64,000 nucleotides of DNA from Candidatus Bathyarchaeota archaeon (GCA_963806535.1 CAWDYC010000009.1:1-64000), one strand, 5' to 3'; shown: positions 8,979 through 19,622, counted from the first letter of the stretch. Numbers and translations: made by a program. Notes: generated by a model not told the origin, from the letters alone.

Positions 8979-10337
8979 TTGTCGCCTCGAATTCTTATGG
9001 ACGTAAATCAGGAAATAACCAATTTACTCAGCGATTTAATTCGTATAGACACAACTAACCCCCCAGGCAACGAAACACAAGCAGCTACATACATAGCAAT
9101 ATACCTCGGCAAAGAAGGGTTCAAAACCGAAATTATAGAGTCAGCTCCTGGAAGAGGGAGCGTAATCACAAGAATTAAAGGAACAGGCGAAAAACCTAAT
9201 CTACTTTTATTGTCACATTTGGACGTTGTTGCAGCCAACCCAAATGAATGGAGCGTTGATCCTTTCGCAGGTGCAGTAAAGGACGGCTTCGTTTATGGCA
9301 GAGGAGCTTATGACATGAAATGCATGACAGCAATCGAAATGCTTGTTATGAAATATTTAAAGAAAAATAATGTGGAACTTAAAGGCGACGTTGTTTTGGC
9401 GGCTACGGCTGATGAAGAAAGAGGCGGCGAAGAAGGAGCAGGCTACCTTCTCAGGAACTACCGAGAAAAAGTGTGGTGCCCTTATGTTATTAATGAAGGC
9501 GGCGGTTTGGCTTTTCCCTCAAAAAAAGGCTATGTATTTCCTGTTCAGACCGCGGAAAAAGGAATTTTGTGGCTTAGAATAAAGGCCAAGGGAACTCCGG
9601 GGCATGGTTCGACGCCGAATATGGCTGATAACGCTGTTATGCGTATGAATAAAGTTGTGGAAATATTGGGGAATTACAAGGCAGAAACTAGCTATGTTCC
9701 TACTCTTAGACAGTTTCTTTCTGAAATGGGAAAACATGACTTTGAAGTCAACGATGTATTTTCCCGTTTGCTTGCTAATCCTACTCAAAGCGAAAAAATA
9801 CTTGATGAGTTAGCTAAAATTGACAAGGCTTTGGCAGAAGAAATTAGACCAAGAACTAAAATGACCATTGCCCCAACCATGATTCATGGAGGAGTTAAAG
9901 AGAACATAATACCTTCAGATTGTGAAGCGGTGTTTGATTGCAGAATACTTCCAGGACAAGACGTGAATGTAACATTTAATTTGATAAAAGATTTGTTAAA
10001 AGATGTAGGCTTAGAAAAGTTAAGTTTTGAGTTTATTCAGAAGCATGATGGATCGGAGTCTTCTACGAAAACTCCGCTGTACGAGACAATCACGAATGTT
10101 CTTAGGGAGTTTGAGCCAAACTGTGGAATCACACCGACATTAACCACAGGAGGAACTGATTCACGTTTCTTTAGAGAAACTGGCAGCGTCTGCTATGGTT
10201 ATCAACCTATGATTCCAGATGAACCGAACGATCAATTGGAAAAACGAATGCACGGCATTGATGAGCGAATAACAATTGAAAACCTTGTTTACGGAACTAG
10301 TATACTCTATGAAACAGTTAAAAGATTCATGAGCTAA
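8979..10337 (+). CDS. M20/M25/M40 family metallopeptidase/deacylase (ArgE/DapE-like)
   Basis: SHLDVV, GRGAYDMK, ADEE, INEGG, GHGS, GGTD, MHGIDE motifs. Confidence 0.92.
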   Translation: MSPRILMDVNQEITNLLSDLIRIDTTNPPGNETQAATYIAIYLGKEGFKTEIIESAPGRGSVITRIKGTGEKPNLLLLSHLDVVAANPNEWSVDPFAGAVKDGFVYGRGAYDMKCMTAIEMLVMKYLKKNNVELKGDVVLAATADEERGGEEGAGYLLRNYREKVWCPYVINEGGGLAFPSKKGYVFPVQTAEKGILWLRIKAKGTPGHGSTPNMADNAVMRMNKVVEILGNYKAETSYVPTLRQFLSEMGKHDFEVNDVFSRLLANPTQSEKILDELAKIDKALAEEIRPRTKMTIAPTMIHGGVKENIIPSDCEAVFDCRILPGQDVNVTFNLIKDLLKDVGLEKLSFEFIQKHDGSESSTKTPLYETITNVLREFEPNCGITPTLTTGGTDSRFFRETGSVCYGYQPMIPDEPNDQLEKRMHGIDERITIENLVYGTSILYETVKRFMS

Positions 10338-10543
10338 GAAACACCAAGCTATCTCAACCTCTAATGGAGTCAAACCTCCTTTAGTTTTTGTGAATTACTT
10401 TGTGTCTGAATAAACCTTCTTGGCAAATATCAATTTGATCAACTTAAGAGACTCAAAACAGAAAATAACATCCAAGAAAAGTACTTTGTACGATTAACTT
10501 CGAACAAACGATAGTTTAGTAAAATTTTTGTGCTTCTTTTTTC

Positions 10544-10680
10544 TTTGTGTTTTGAGTTGCTTTTATGATTTAGGCTTTAATTTGTTTGCAGGTCACGTAC
10601 CAAAAAGTATGGAAAAGGCTAGAAAAGGTTTGAAACGTACCAAAAAGGTTAGGAACGTACAGAAAAGTACAAAAAAGGTT
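10544..10680 (+). repeat. Leader + 10-bp tandem array module, copy 1 (9 units, GTAC/GGTT cores)
   Basis: 10591-10680: ggtcacgtac caaaaagtat ggaaaaggct agaaaaggtt tgaaacgtac caaaaaggtt aggaacgtac agaaaagtac aaaaaaggtt, preceded by the conserved leader ending TTTGCAGG. Confidence 0.85.
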
Positions 10681-10746
10681 TGGTTAAAAGCAAAGTTTAA
10701 GAAATGATAGTTTTTAGTTGTTTTCTTAAAGGCCAAATTTTGAATC

Positions 10747-11995
10747 TTAAATTAGTGACTCGTAGATTTTGCTGGTTTGCTCAGCCACTTTTCGCCACGT
10801 AAAATACTCCAACACCCTTCGCCTGCCGTTCTCACCCCAGTTTTTAGCCTTCATTGGATCACGTAGCGTCTCATTTATGCCCCAAGCTATGTCGGCTGGG
10901 TCTTCGCCGTTAATGTGTATTCCAGTTTGGTCGGGACCGCTATTAATCACCTGCTCTTTAAAACCGACTACGCCTCTTGCTCCGACAACCACAGGTTTTT
11001 CCATAGCCATCGCTTCTAAACTTACAATTCCAAACGGCTCATAAATCGATGGAAAAACACACACGTCCGAAGCAGCATAATGGATAATTCGTTCTTTTTC
11101 AGAAACAAAGTCAAAGCGGTAAACAATTTTATCTTTGATGTTTAGATCGCTCCGCAGTTTCTTGTATGTCGCCTTGCTCTTCGCCTTTACCTAAAATGAC
11201 CAATTTAGTATTCGGGTTCTCTTTAAGAACAAGAGGCATCGCCTGCAACAAATTCCGCACACCCTTCACCCAAGCAAGTCTCCCAACAAAAAGCAGCATA
11301 TTCCAACCATCAGGTACGTCATATTTTTTTCTGATTGCAACAACATCTTCTTTTTCTACATTTTGCGGGTTATATGTTTCAGCGTCCACACCGTTCCAGA
11401 CAACGCTGATTTTCGACTGTTCCCATCCATGTTTTGTAAGGTCTTCCTGCATTGCGTAGCTTACTGTTATTATTTTGTCTGAGTTTTGAGCCATAGCCCT
11501 CTCGAGATGGGATACAACTTCGGAACCTGGTCCGCCGCTTCTACCCCACTCAGTGCTATGCACATGGAAAACTACTGGTATCTTAGTTTCATTCTTGATA
11601 ACTAAGCCTGCAATGCTGCTGAGCCAATCGTGGACGCAGACGACATCAAAATTGTATCTTTCTTTTGCTATCAGGCCGTTGATAAATTTTGTTGCGCTCA
11701 GGATGTTATAGATGAAGATGTCGTTGAAGAGTTTGATGTTTGTACCCCATTTTTTTAGGTCGTCTACCACGAAGAAGGGCCAGATGTTGCTTGCGTCAGC
11801 GATTTGCGGTCTGTGTACTTCAACACCCTGCAGAATTTCTCTTGTTCTTAACCCATTGTTGTTTAAAGTGAAAACTGAAACGTCATGGCCTATGTCAACG
11901 TATTCATGGGCTATGTATTCCGCATAGGTGCCTAAACCGCCTACCAGTTGAGGAGGATACTCATAAACGAAGAAACCTATTCTCAAATGAGTCAC
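10747..11995 (-). CDS. GT4 glycosyltransferase (glycogen synthase-like; frameshift ~11110-11140)
   Basis: EYPPQLVGGLG, HDWL, HSTEWGR, NGVD, FVGRL..KG, then PSIYEPFGIVSLEAMA in ORF 10747-11064. Confidence 0.9.
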
Positions 11996-12099
11996 CTAAA
12001 ACTTCAACCTAAATATGGCTTGAATGCTATTTATACTTTCAAACAGCACTGAAATACTGTTTCTGTTATCCCCAAAGGTTCCCAAGCGCAAATTTTTTG

Positions 12100-12210
12100 T
12101 TTGTGTTCTGCAATGCTTTTTTGAAATAGAATCTAAACCCTTTGCAGGTTGCGTCCCTAAATGTAATAAAATGTAATAGAATGTAAGAATCTGTAAAAAA
12201 ATGTAAGAAA
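12100..12210 (+). repeat. Leader + 10-bp tandem array module, copy 2 (5 units, TGTAA core)
   Basis: 12161-12210: atgtaataaa atgtaataga atgtaagaat ctgtaaaaaa atgtaagaaa; leader 12100-12148. Confidence 0.85.
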
Positions 12211-12290
12211 AAGACAATTAGTCATTAGTTTTCAAGGTAAAGTTTAGGCGTCTGTGATTGTGCATTATTTTTTTCGGGCAAATTTTGTTT

Positions 12291-12370
12291 TTTGTGTTTT
12301 GGATTGCTTTTTTGGTTCAAAGTTTGAGCTCTTTGCATGTAGGTTCATTTTTGGACATTAAGGTCTTGGT
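12291..12370 (+). repeat. Leader module, copy 3 (array degenerate)
   Basis: Leader TTTGTGTTTTGGATTGCTTTTTTGG...TTTGCATG with the same 14/27-nt internal spacing as copies 1 and 2. Confidence 0.65.
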
Positions 12371-12420
12371 TAATAAAGGAATGCTTGAATTTGTTATTGA
12401 GGGATTTTTACCAAGGGTTT

Positions 12421-12520
12421 TTTGTACTTTAAGTTGCTTTCTTGAAACAAAGCGTTAGCTTCTTTGCAGTTGAGTCACTAAAAGTCATAGGAAGTCATTA
12501 AAAGTCACTACAAGTCAAAG
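12421..12520 (+). repeat. Leader + 10-bp tandem array module, copy 4 (5 units, AGTCA core)
   Basis: 12471-12520: tgagtcacta aaagtcatag gaagtcatta aaagtcacta caagtcaaag; leader 12421-12470. Confidence 0.85.
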
Positions 12521-12688
12521 GTGAAAATACTTTGCCATTAACTCATAAAATTAAATCTACATGGCCCTTGCATATCCGAATTCTCTTTTCTGACAAGACT
12601 TATGATATCATAACTGAGCAATACTAACACCTAAGGCAACTTCAAAACCAAAATAGATGGGTTTAGTAACGACAAACTTAATAATTTT

Positions 12689-13117
12689 TCAGAATAGTTG
12701 TAACAAATGAATCAATGCTCCGCTTATGACTGCGATCATCCAGATGACGAATGTCGGCATCATATACTTTCTGAAACGTATGCATTGCATTGTTGAGGGC
12801 GAAAAAGCTAGCCACATTATGACGTAAACAAATCCTGCAACTTCAGCAACCACGCCTAAACTAACATGAATCCAATTATCCAAAGCAGGAAGTGGGGAAA
12901 GTAATAGGATATCGCCAAAGTTGTTTATGAACGATGGAATCATAACGATGAAGACTAAGATTGTTTCAATTACTAAAGCTATAATTGTTAGGTAGCCATG
13001 CCTTTTGAAATTTTCTGCGTTTTTTAAGTTCTGAACTAGCGGTATCCCTAAGATAAGCAAAAACAAACTTATCACTGAAAGTATCAGTGTAATATTGCCC
13101 GCCAAATCTAGAGCCAT
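12689..13117 (-). CDS. Four-TM membrane protein (DUF420-like)
   Basis: Four hydrophobic helices with conserved His (KRHGY, WIH). Confidence 0.6.
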   Translation of the reverse strand: MALDLAGNITLILSVISLFLLILGIPLVQNLKNAENFKRHGYLTIIALVIETILVFIVMIPSFINNFGDILLLSPLPALDNWIHVSLGVVAEVAGFVYVIMWLAFSPSTMQCIRFRKYMMPTFVIWMIAVISGALIHLLQLF

Positions 13118-13206
13118 AGTAACCGTAGGTAGGCAGTCTTACATCTTTTAAGTTTTAGCAAAAACCAAGGTTGCACAAAATATTTTATCTCCACTGAGAA
13201 CAGTAC

Positions 13207-13765
13207 TTGGCAGTGATAAGTTTGAAATCAGCATTAGTAATTTACTATTCAAATACAGGAAACACAGAAAAAGTCGCCAATGCAATTAAAGACGGCTTGG
13301 AAGATGTAGGCTTCAAAGTTGATTTAAAGAAGCCTCAAGAAGCCGCCGAAATTGACTTTTTCGGTTATGATTTGGTTTGTGTTGGTTCTCCATCGATTGA
13401 GTGGCAACCCGCAAAGCCGATGGCTGATTTGCTTAAGGCTAAACTGAATCTTTATCGAGACCAAGGAAAAATCAAGCCTTGTGCACCGAAAGTGAAGGGC
13501 AAAAACGCATTGATCTTCTGCACTTATTCAGGACCACATACAGGAATTGATGAAGCAACTCCAGCTGGAAAAACAATGAGGCAATACTTTGAGCATTTCG
13601 GCTTCAACGTGGTTGCCGAATGGTATATTCCAAGCGAGTTTCATGGAAGAGAAGACTTAAGCACACAAGGGCAAGCTTGGCGACATTAGAGGAAAGCCCA
13701 CAGCAGAAGAGTTATCTAAAATAAAAAAGAAAGCGCAGGAACTGGCAAAAGCCTGCAGTGATTAA
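13207..13765 (+). CDS. Flavodoxin-like protein (frameshift near C-terminus)
   Basis: YYSNTGNTEKVA FMN loop, VGSP; the shifted frame continues GKLGDIRGKP...ACSD* to 13765. Confidence 0.85.
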
Positions 13766-13766
13766 T

Positions 13767-14039
13767 ATGAAAAACCTTGAATTACCTGAAAAAATCAGCG
13801 ACGATTTAGCAAAAACCGCTGAAGAATTAACGTTTATGGCGAAGAAACCGATTTCGCAGTCAATGGCAATTAATTTACTCATCGAAGTTTACCGTGCGCA
13901 CCTAAATAATCCATGCGCTTTGGACGCTTTTAGCCAGCAACTAAAAAGCTTAGACATCATGGCTCCCGAAGAATTCGACAAATACTGGGATGAACCCACA
14001 AAACCTCAAAAAGAAAAGAGAAAAAGCAAAAAACAGTAA
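13767..14039 (+). CDS. Hypothetical protein, possibly ribbon-helix-helix-like
   Basis: Short ORF coupled to the flavodoxin stop, with a basic tail. Confidence 0.6.
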   Translation: MKNLELPEKISDDLAKTAEELTFMAKKPISQSMAINLLIEVYRAHLNNPCALDAFSQQLKSLDIMAPEEFDKYWDEPTKPQKEKRKSKKQ

Positions 14040-14118
14040 ATTTTGATTGTCAAAATGTTGCTCAAAACACCCAATATATAAAATTAAAACCTTATCTTGT
14101 GAAAGATTATGAAAAATA

Positions 14119-14472
14119 TTGTCTTTGAAAGCTAAATTTGGCTGGATAAAAGTTAATGGAAAAAAATACGAAAAAGACATCATAATCCATTCAGATGGCT
14201 CGATAACGAAAAGGGAAAAGAAAAAATCCAAAGACCTAAAAACAGAATATGGTCATACTCCTCTTTCTGAACGTGAACTTGATTTTTTGAGTAAGGAACA
14301 GTTTGATGCTCTCTATATCGGAATAGGGCATGACTCTGCTTTGCCTATAACTCCAGAAGCAGGTGAAATATTGAAAAAATACAATGCAATAATTGCTTCC
14401 ACTCCTGAAATAATCGATAAAATAGACAATGAAAAGAGAGAATTCGTTGCAATAATTCATGTTACTTGTTGA
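14119..14472 (+). CDS. Mth938/DUF498-like protein
   Basis: FGWIKVNGKKYEKDIII, IGIG, TPE, IHVTC terminus. Confidence 0.85.
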   Translation: MSLKAKFGWIKVNGKKYEKDIIIHSDGSITKREKKKSKDLKTEYGHTPLSERELDFLSKEQFDALYIGIGHDSALPITPEAGEILKKYNAIIASTPEIIDKIDNEKREFVAIIHVTC

Positions 14473-15009
14473 AGGTGGCAGTGGCTTGGTTTGTTAGCAA
14501 TTGTGGCAAGCCATCCCGATTTGAGGGAGTAATTGAAAAAATTTCGGCGTCTTCTCTTTCTTTTGCTTGGGTTATTACTGGGTCTTTGGCTTTTTCATGC
14601 ACCACGGCTAATACGAGATTTTTGCTCTCCAATGCCTTCGTTACGGCTTGCTTAAATTTTTGCGAGTAAAGCTCCATTGGACCAATTTCATCAATGGCGA
14701 CAACATCGCATTTTTCTATAGCGTCTAAGATGGCTTTTGCACCTATTTTTTCCAGGTCTTCAATGTTAACGTGGTACTTGCCGACTTGCGGACCATTCTT
14801 CTGGTTGACATGTCGATAGCCACCCATGCTTGCCGTTCGGTCAAATCTATTATTTCAAAGCCTACCCGCGCGTTGCCTTCTCTTGCTTCTCGGCTAACCA
14901 TACCTCCAACTTCGAAGCCCTTTGCCTTGAGAGCATCAACTGTTTTGATAAGCACAGTTGTTTTTCCAACACCCGGAGCACCCGTAAGCAACAAAACCCG
15001 CTTCAGCAA
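14462..15009 (-). CDS. THEP1-type NTPase (frameshift ~14830)
   Basis: LTGAPGVGKTT, RVGFEIIDL, VGKYHV, IDEIGPMEL. Confidence 0.9.
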
Positions 15010-15088
15010 CGATTCACACCAATTATACCAGAAGTCTAATATGCCGATAAAATTCTTTTCATAAACAAAACCGCTGGAGCACACATGC

Positions 15089-16302
15089 ATGGTCGATGAC
15101 GGGTATGAAGCTGATTTTCCAAGCGAAATAATCAGGGAAGGCAAAGTGCAAGTGTTAGTGCCAAAACTTGAAGCCTACGGCGTTATCCCATCTGATTATG
15201 CGCCTTCTCGGGCTCCAGTCTTCTACAATCCGGTCATGGAGTTCAACCGCGACATAACCGTTTTAGCATTCCAAGCTTACCAACGCATGGTTAACCATGA
15301 AATCTCGATTTGTGACCCATTAACTAGCCAAGGCATTCGAGGATTACGTTTTGCCGCTGAAATCGACGGGGTAAAAAAAGTTTTAATCAGCGACATTAAC
15401 GAGCGAGCATACAAACTTGCAAAGCATAACGTTGCGCTCAATGGGTTGGAAGACAAAATTGCGGTTAAGCATAAGGATGCAAACGCTGTTTTAAGCTGCA
15501 ACGCCTCGCCTAAAAAAAGGTTTGACATTGTTGATGTTGACCCTTTTGGTACTCCAGCCCCCTATTTAGATTCAGCATTCCGAGCAATCAAAAACAACGG
15601 CTTGTTGGCTTCAACAGCAACAGACCTTGCACCTCTTTGTGGAGTCCATGCGAAAGCCTGTGTTCGAAAGTACGGCGGCAGACCATTGCGAACTGAATAT
15701 TGCCATGAACTTGCCGTTCGACTTTTAGCAGGCTGCACAGCAACCGTCAGCCGCAAAACATGACATCGGCATAAAGGTTCTTTTCAGCCACAGCAGTGAA
15801 CATTACATTCGAGCTTTACACCCAAATCGCTTATGGCGCAAAAAAAGCAGATGAAAGCATCAAAACCCTCGGGTACATCCTGCACTGCTTCAACTGTTAC
15901 CACCGAGAAACCACACATCAACCCTTTCGCAGCCTGCAATGTCCTGAATGTGGCTCAAAAATGGATTGGGCAGGACCTCTCTGGCTTGGAAGCATCTTTG
16001 ACCAAAACTTCATTGAGGCAATGATGAAAGAAAACAGGTCAGTGGCTTTCAAAAACAGCGCTAGAATCACAAAGCTTCTTAGCCTAACAAGAGATGAAGC
16101 CTCAGCCCCGATTACTTACTTTGTGGTTGACAAGTTAAGTGGAAAACTTGGTTTGCCTTCACCATCCATAAAAGGCTTTATTGACACCATTCACAACAAC
16201 GGTTTCCAAGCTGTGCCAACGCATTTTAACACAAGAGGAATCAGAACAAATGCACCGGTCTTAATAATGCAGAAGCTTCTCAAGGATTTGGCATCCATCT
16301 AG
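15089..16302 (+). CDS. trm1: tRNA (guanine-26-N2)-dimethyltransferase (frameshift ~15750-15820)
   Basis: VFYNPVMEFNRD, GIRGLRF, DVDPFGTP, TATDLAPLCG, CxxC/CPEC Zn site, GPLWLG, THF..GIRTNA. Confidence 0.93.
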
Positions 16303-16377
16303 TAGACATAAACGTCAAAGCTGTGTCCGAGAAAAATTAAGTAGAAATCAAACGTACAGCTATATCAAGAGTGAGGA

Positions 16378-17007
16378 TTGAAGTACTTGCCTTACTGCCC
16401 CAATTGCGATTCACAGGTCAAGGAAGAAGATAAGTTCTGTGACAAATGTGGAACACAACTTAGCAATAAGCCAGTCGAAAAAGCATATTTTCACTTTCCA
16501 CCTAAACTTTCAACAAATCGTCTAAATGGCATAGTCATAGGGTCAGGCATAACTCTGCTTATCCTTGGATTACTAGGAGTTTTTGCACTCAACTCTTACT
16601 ATTGGGAACAAGCCCGCATCCTATCCGCCCAAGGATTGCCAACCAATACGTATAACCCTTCACTTAATCCAATAATTGAGTTTATTTCTCTCTCTTGGGC
16701 AAGCGTTTTTTTCGGCATATATTTTCTGGCTTTGTGCCTTCCATCCCAGTTTAGTCCTTTAGTGAGAGCTGTTTGGGCAAGAACCGATTATACCGCGCGG
16801 GCAGGCAACGGATCAATAACCGGCGGTTTTGTCTTTGCAACTCTTTCTGCCACTCAAGCAATTAGGGAATTTTATGTTCCCGACCACACTTGGTATCGGC
16901 AAGCTCTTCAAATTTTAATCGTAAGCGGTGTCTTAATAATTGTGATTGGCGCATCGTTGAGAACCCTTTCTTATTTAAGAAGACGTAAGTTGGCAACAAA
17001 AGTTTAA
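16378..17007 (+). CDS. Zinc-ribbon membrane protein
   Basis: YCPNC...FCDKCG followed by four TM segments. Confidence 0.75.
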   Translation: MKYLPYCPNCDSQVKEEDKFCDKCGTQLSNKPVEKAYFHFPPKLSTNRLNGIVIGSGITLLILGLLGVFALNSYYWEQARILSAQGLPTNTYNPSLNPIIEFISLSWASVFFGIYFLALCLPSQFSPLVRAVWARTDYTARAGNGSITGGFVFATLSATQAIREFYVPDHTWYRQALQILIVSGVLIIVIGASLRTLSYLRRRKLATKV

Positions 17008-17049
17008 AGAGCAAAAACAACAGTCCATAAAGTAACAAAGTGAAATCTT

Positions 17050-17857
17050 ATGAACGATAAAATCACGGTAATCGGCGCAGGCATGATGGGCGGCGCCATA
17101 ATCAAAAGCCTAATCAAAGGCGGCTATAAAGGCAAAATAACAGCAGTTGACATTCAAGTTGAAAAACTCAAGGAATTTGAAGCTCTTGGAGTAAAAACTT
17201 CTTCTGATAACAGAAAAGCCGCCGGCGACGCAGACATCGTTTTCATCATCGTTAAGCCGGGTGATGTAGAAAAGGTTCTAAAAGAAATCAGCAAAGAAAT
17301 TAAAGGCAAACTGTTGGTTTCTGTCGCCGCAACTGTTCCGTTGAGCTTTTTGAAGAAAAATGCTCCTGACGCAAAAATCGTTCGCATAATGCCTAACCTA
17401 GGCGCGCTTGTGCAAGCAGCCTACACAGCTTACGTCTGCGAATCAAACGTTACTGCCGAGGACAAAGAGAAGGTTAAAGACAATTTTGAATATGATGGGC
17501 ATCTGTGAAGAAATGGATGAAAAATACATGGATGCAATTACCGCAGTAAGCGGCAGTGGACCAGGGTACATGTCAATAATTATTGAAGCTTTGACGTATG
17601 CGGGGTTAAAAGTTGGGTTGCCACGTAACATTGCGTTAACTTGCGCAGCACAAACCGTGATGGGTACTGGAAAACTTGTTCTTGACCTGCATGAGGATCC
17701 AGCAAAAATAAGGGACATGACCACAACGCCGGGCGGAACAACAATCGAAGCCATTTACCAGATTGAACAAAGCCAAATTAGACCAGCAATGATACGGGCT
17801 ATCGAAGAAGCCACAAAGAAAAGCCAAGCGATAAGAGAAAAACTAAACCTGCAGTAA
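17050..17857 (+). CDS. proC: Pyrroline-5-carboxylate reductase (frameshift ~17470)
   Basis: IGAGMMG, VKP, RIMPN, SGSGPGY, TTPGGTT. Confidence 0.93.
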
Positions 17858-17866
17858 GACCGAACC

Positions 17867-18523
17867 ATGTTTGAAGCAGTTATTTTCGATTGGGATGGCA
17901 CATTAGCTGATACCAGGCAAGTAATTGTCATCTCATTTCAAAAAGCATTAAGCGAAATAAACTGTAAAGTAAGCGACGAATATATTGAACGGCGAATTGG
18001 AATTGGAGCAGCAGAGACTTTCCGAGAAATATTGCGGTCAGCTAAGAAACCGTTTGATGAAAAATTGATTCAACATTTAATTGAGCGAAAAAGCCAGCTT
18101 GAAATCGAATTAACAAATCAAGTGAAACTTTTCCCAGGCGCTAAAGAGCTACTTGAAGCGTTACATGGCAAAGTCAAAATGGGTTTAGCATCAATGAATA
18201 ACCGCTCAGTAATCATGCATCTGGTAGAGGCAAATGACTTAAAGAAATATTTTGAAGTCATATTAACTGCTGATTCTGTTTCTCATTCAAAACCTGACCC
18301 AGAAATTTTCTTAAAAACCGCTTCTGAACTGAAAACGAACCCTGAAAAATGTGTGGTTTTTGAGGATTCAATTTTCGGCGTCAAAGCCGCTAAATCTGCA
18401 GGCATGGGCTGCGTTGCTGTTACAACAGGCGTCTATTCTAAGCAAGAGCTTGAAAAAGAAAAGCCTGATTTAGTAGTTAAAACGTTAAAAGAAAGTCAAA
18501 TTCTACCGTTTATTTTGCAGTAA
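17867..18523 (+). CDS. HAD-IA phosphatase (beta-PGM-like)
   Basis: FDWDGTL, KPDPEIF, FEDS. Confidence 0.9.
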   Translation: MFEAVIFDWDGTLADTRQVIVISFQKALSEINCKVSDEYIERRIGIGAAETFREILRSAKKPFDEKLIQHLIERKSQLEIELTNQVKLFPGAKELLEALHGKVKMGLASMNNRSVIMHLVEANDLKKYFEVILTADSVSHSKPDPEIFLKTASELKTNPEKCVVFEDSIFGVKAAKSAGMGCVAVTTGVYSKQELEKEKPDLVVKTLKESQILPFILQ

Positions 18524-18600
18524 TATAACCTTGTGATTGTGTTTTGACAGTCACATAGCTTTAAGAATTTTTGAATTTAATATAAGATTATTCTCAAACT

Positions 18601-18879
18601 GTGGAAAGGATGTTCTTGATTTTGAACAAAAAAACAAAGACACCAGTATTCCAGGTTCTATTGCTAGACAATGATGCCAGCGAAGACGTGGAAGTTCAAG
18701 AAGCAACACAGGTGAATTTTCTCCAAGTTAAAGAGCACCTGAGAAACGGCGGATCAGTCTTCATTACAAGCAAAGACACACAAAAAATAGCCTACCCAAA
18801 AACCAAATTGCAGCAGAACTACAGCAAATCAAGAAGAAGTTATGGAGCACTTTTCCATCAGCACTTGAGAAGTTCATGA
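18601..18879 (+). CDS. Hypothetical protein
   Basis: 92-aa ORF preceded by a TATA-like TTTAATATA. Confidence 0.55.
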   Translation: MERMFLILNKKTKTPVFQVLLLDNDASEDVEVQEATQVNFLQVKEHLRNGGSVFITSKDTQKIAYPKTKLQQNYSKSRRSYGALFHQHLRSS

Positions 18880-18883
18880 ATGT

Positions 18884-18953
18884 GTGACGTGCACTCGATA
18901 AGATTCCTTTTACCCCCCTCTCTCTCTTCCGTATTTTTTTGGGTGCACGCCAC
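18884..18953. terminator. GC-rich inverted repeat enclosing a pyrimidine tract, between convergent genes
   Basis: GTGACGTGCACTC (18884-18896) / GGGTGCACGCCAC (18941-18953). Confidence 0.4.
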
Positions 18954-18991
18954 TCCCGATAACTCATTTTTTTCGGTCGGAATCCTAAGCG

Positions 18992-19504
18992 CTATTCTTT
19001 TCTCTTAGAAATTTGGGAATGCCAGCATATTGAGTCCAAGCCATATTTCATCTTAAGCGAATAAGACAAAGCGAATTGAGAATAAAAATAACCATTGAAA
19101 ACGAGTTTGTTGTGGTAGACAGTTTTTTGGCTTAGCCTTTCAAATAACCGAATTTTGTGGAAAACATAATTTGTCACGAACCCCAGAAACAAAGCAACTC
19201 CTAAAACAAGAAAGTATAGTCCGGCAACTATCGGAATGAAAAATTGTATGCCGAAAATACCTAGAATCAATGAAACAGCAACTGTACCGCCGTAGCTTGC
19301 CATAAAAAAGATTTCCAGTATCGCCAATATAATTATTGTTTTCTTAATTTCTAGGTATTCAAGGTATACGCCAACTAGGACGGCTTGTAGAATCCAGCCT
19401 GATAGCGGAATGTAAACAAACAAGAAGTCAACTGCCAAAACTGCCATGCTGACGGCTAATAGGCCATAAAAAACAGATTTAGGCAGCTCCCTTGAGGCAT
19501 CCAT
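18992..19504 (-). CDS. Hypothetical membrane protein
   Basis: Four to five hydrophobic segments. Confidence 0.6.
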   Translation of the reverse strand: MDASRELPKSVFYGLLAVSMAVLAVDFLFVYIPLSGWILQAVLVGVYLEYLEIKKTIIILAILEIFFMASYGGTVAVSLILGIFGIQFFIPIVAGLYFLVLGVALFLGFVTNYVFHKIRLFERLSQKTVYHNKLVFNGYFYSQFALSYSLKMKYGLDSICWHSQISKRKE

Positions 19505-19622
19505 ATTCTCTAATTTACAAAGAGCATAAACTTGTATTTAATTAAAGGGTATTCAACGAAAAGAAAGTTATCACAAACAAAATGCAGGAAAATAGCGTTT
19601 ATCTTGAAAAGATTTGAAGCAT

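Noticed and set aside
11996-12458. ORFs 11996-12217 (-) and 12258-12458 (+)
   Set aside because: Low-complexity F/I/L translations that arise from the T-rich repeat modules; no recognisable motifs.
10591-12520. 10-bp arrays as a CRISPR array or archaeal oriC
   Set aside because: No 25-40-nt repeats with unique spacers, no cas genes, no ORB-like GTTCCAGTGGAAAC/G-string motif and no cdc6 nearby.
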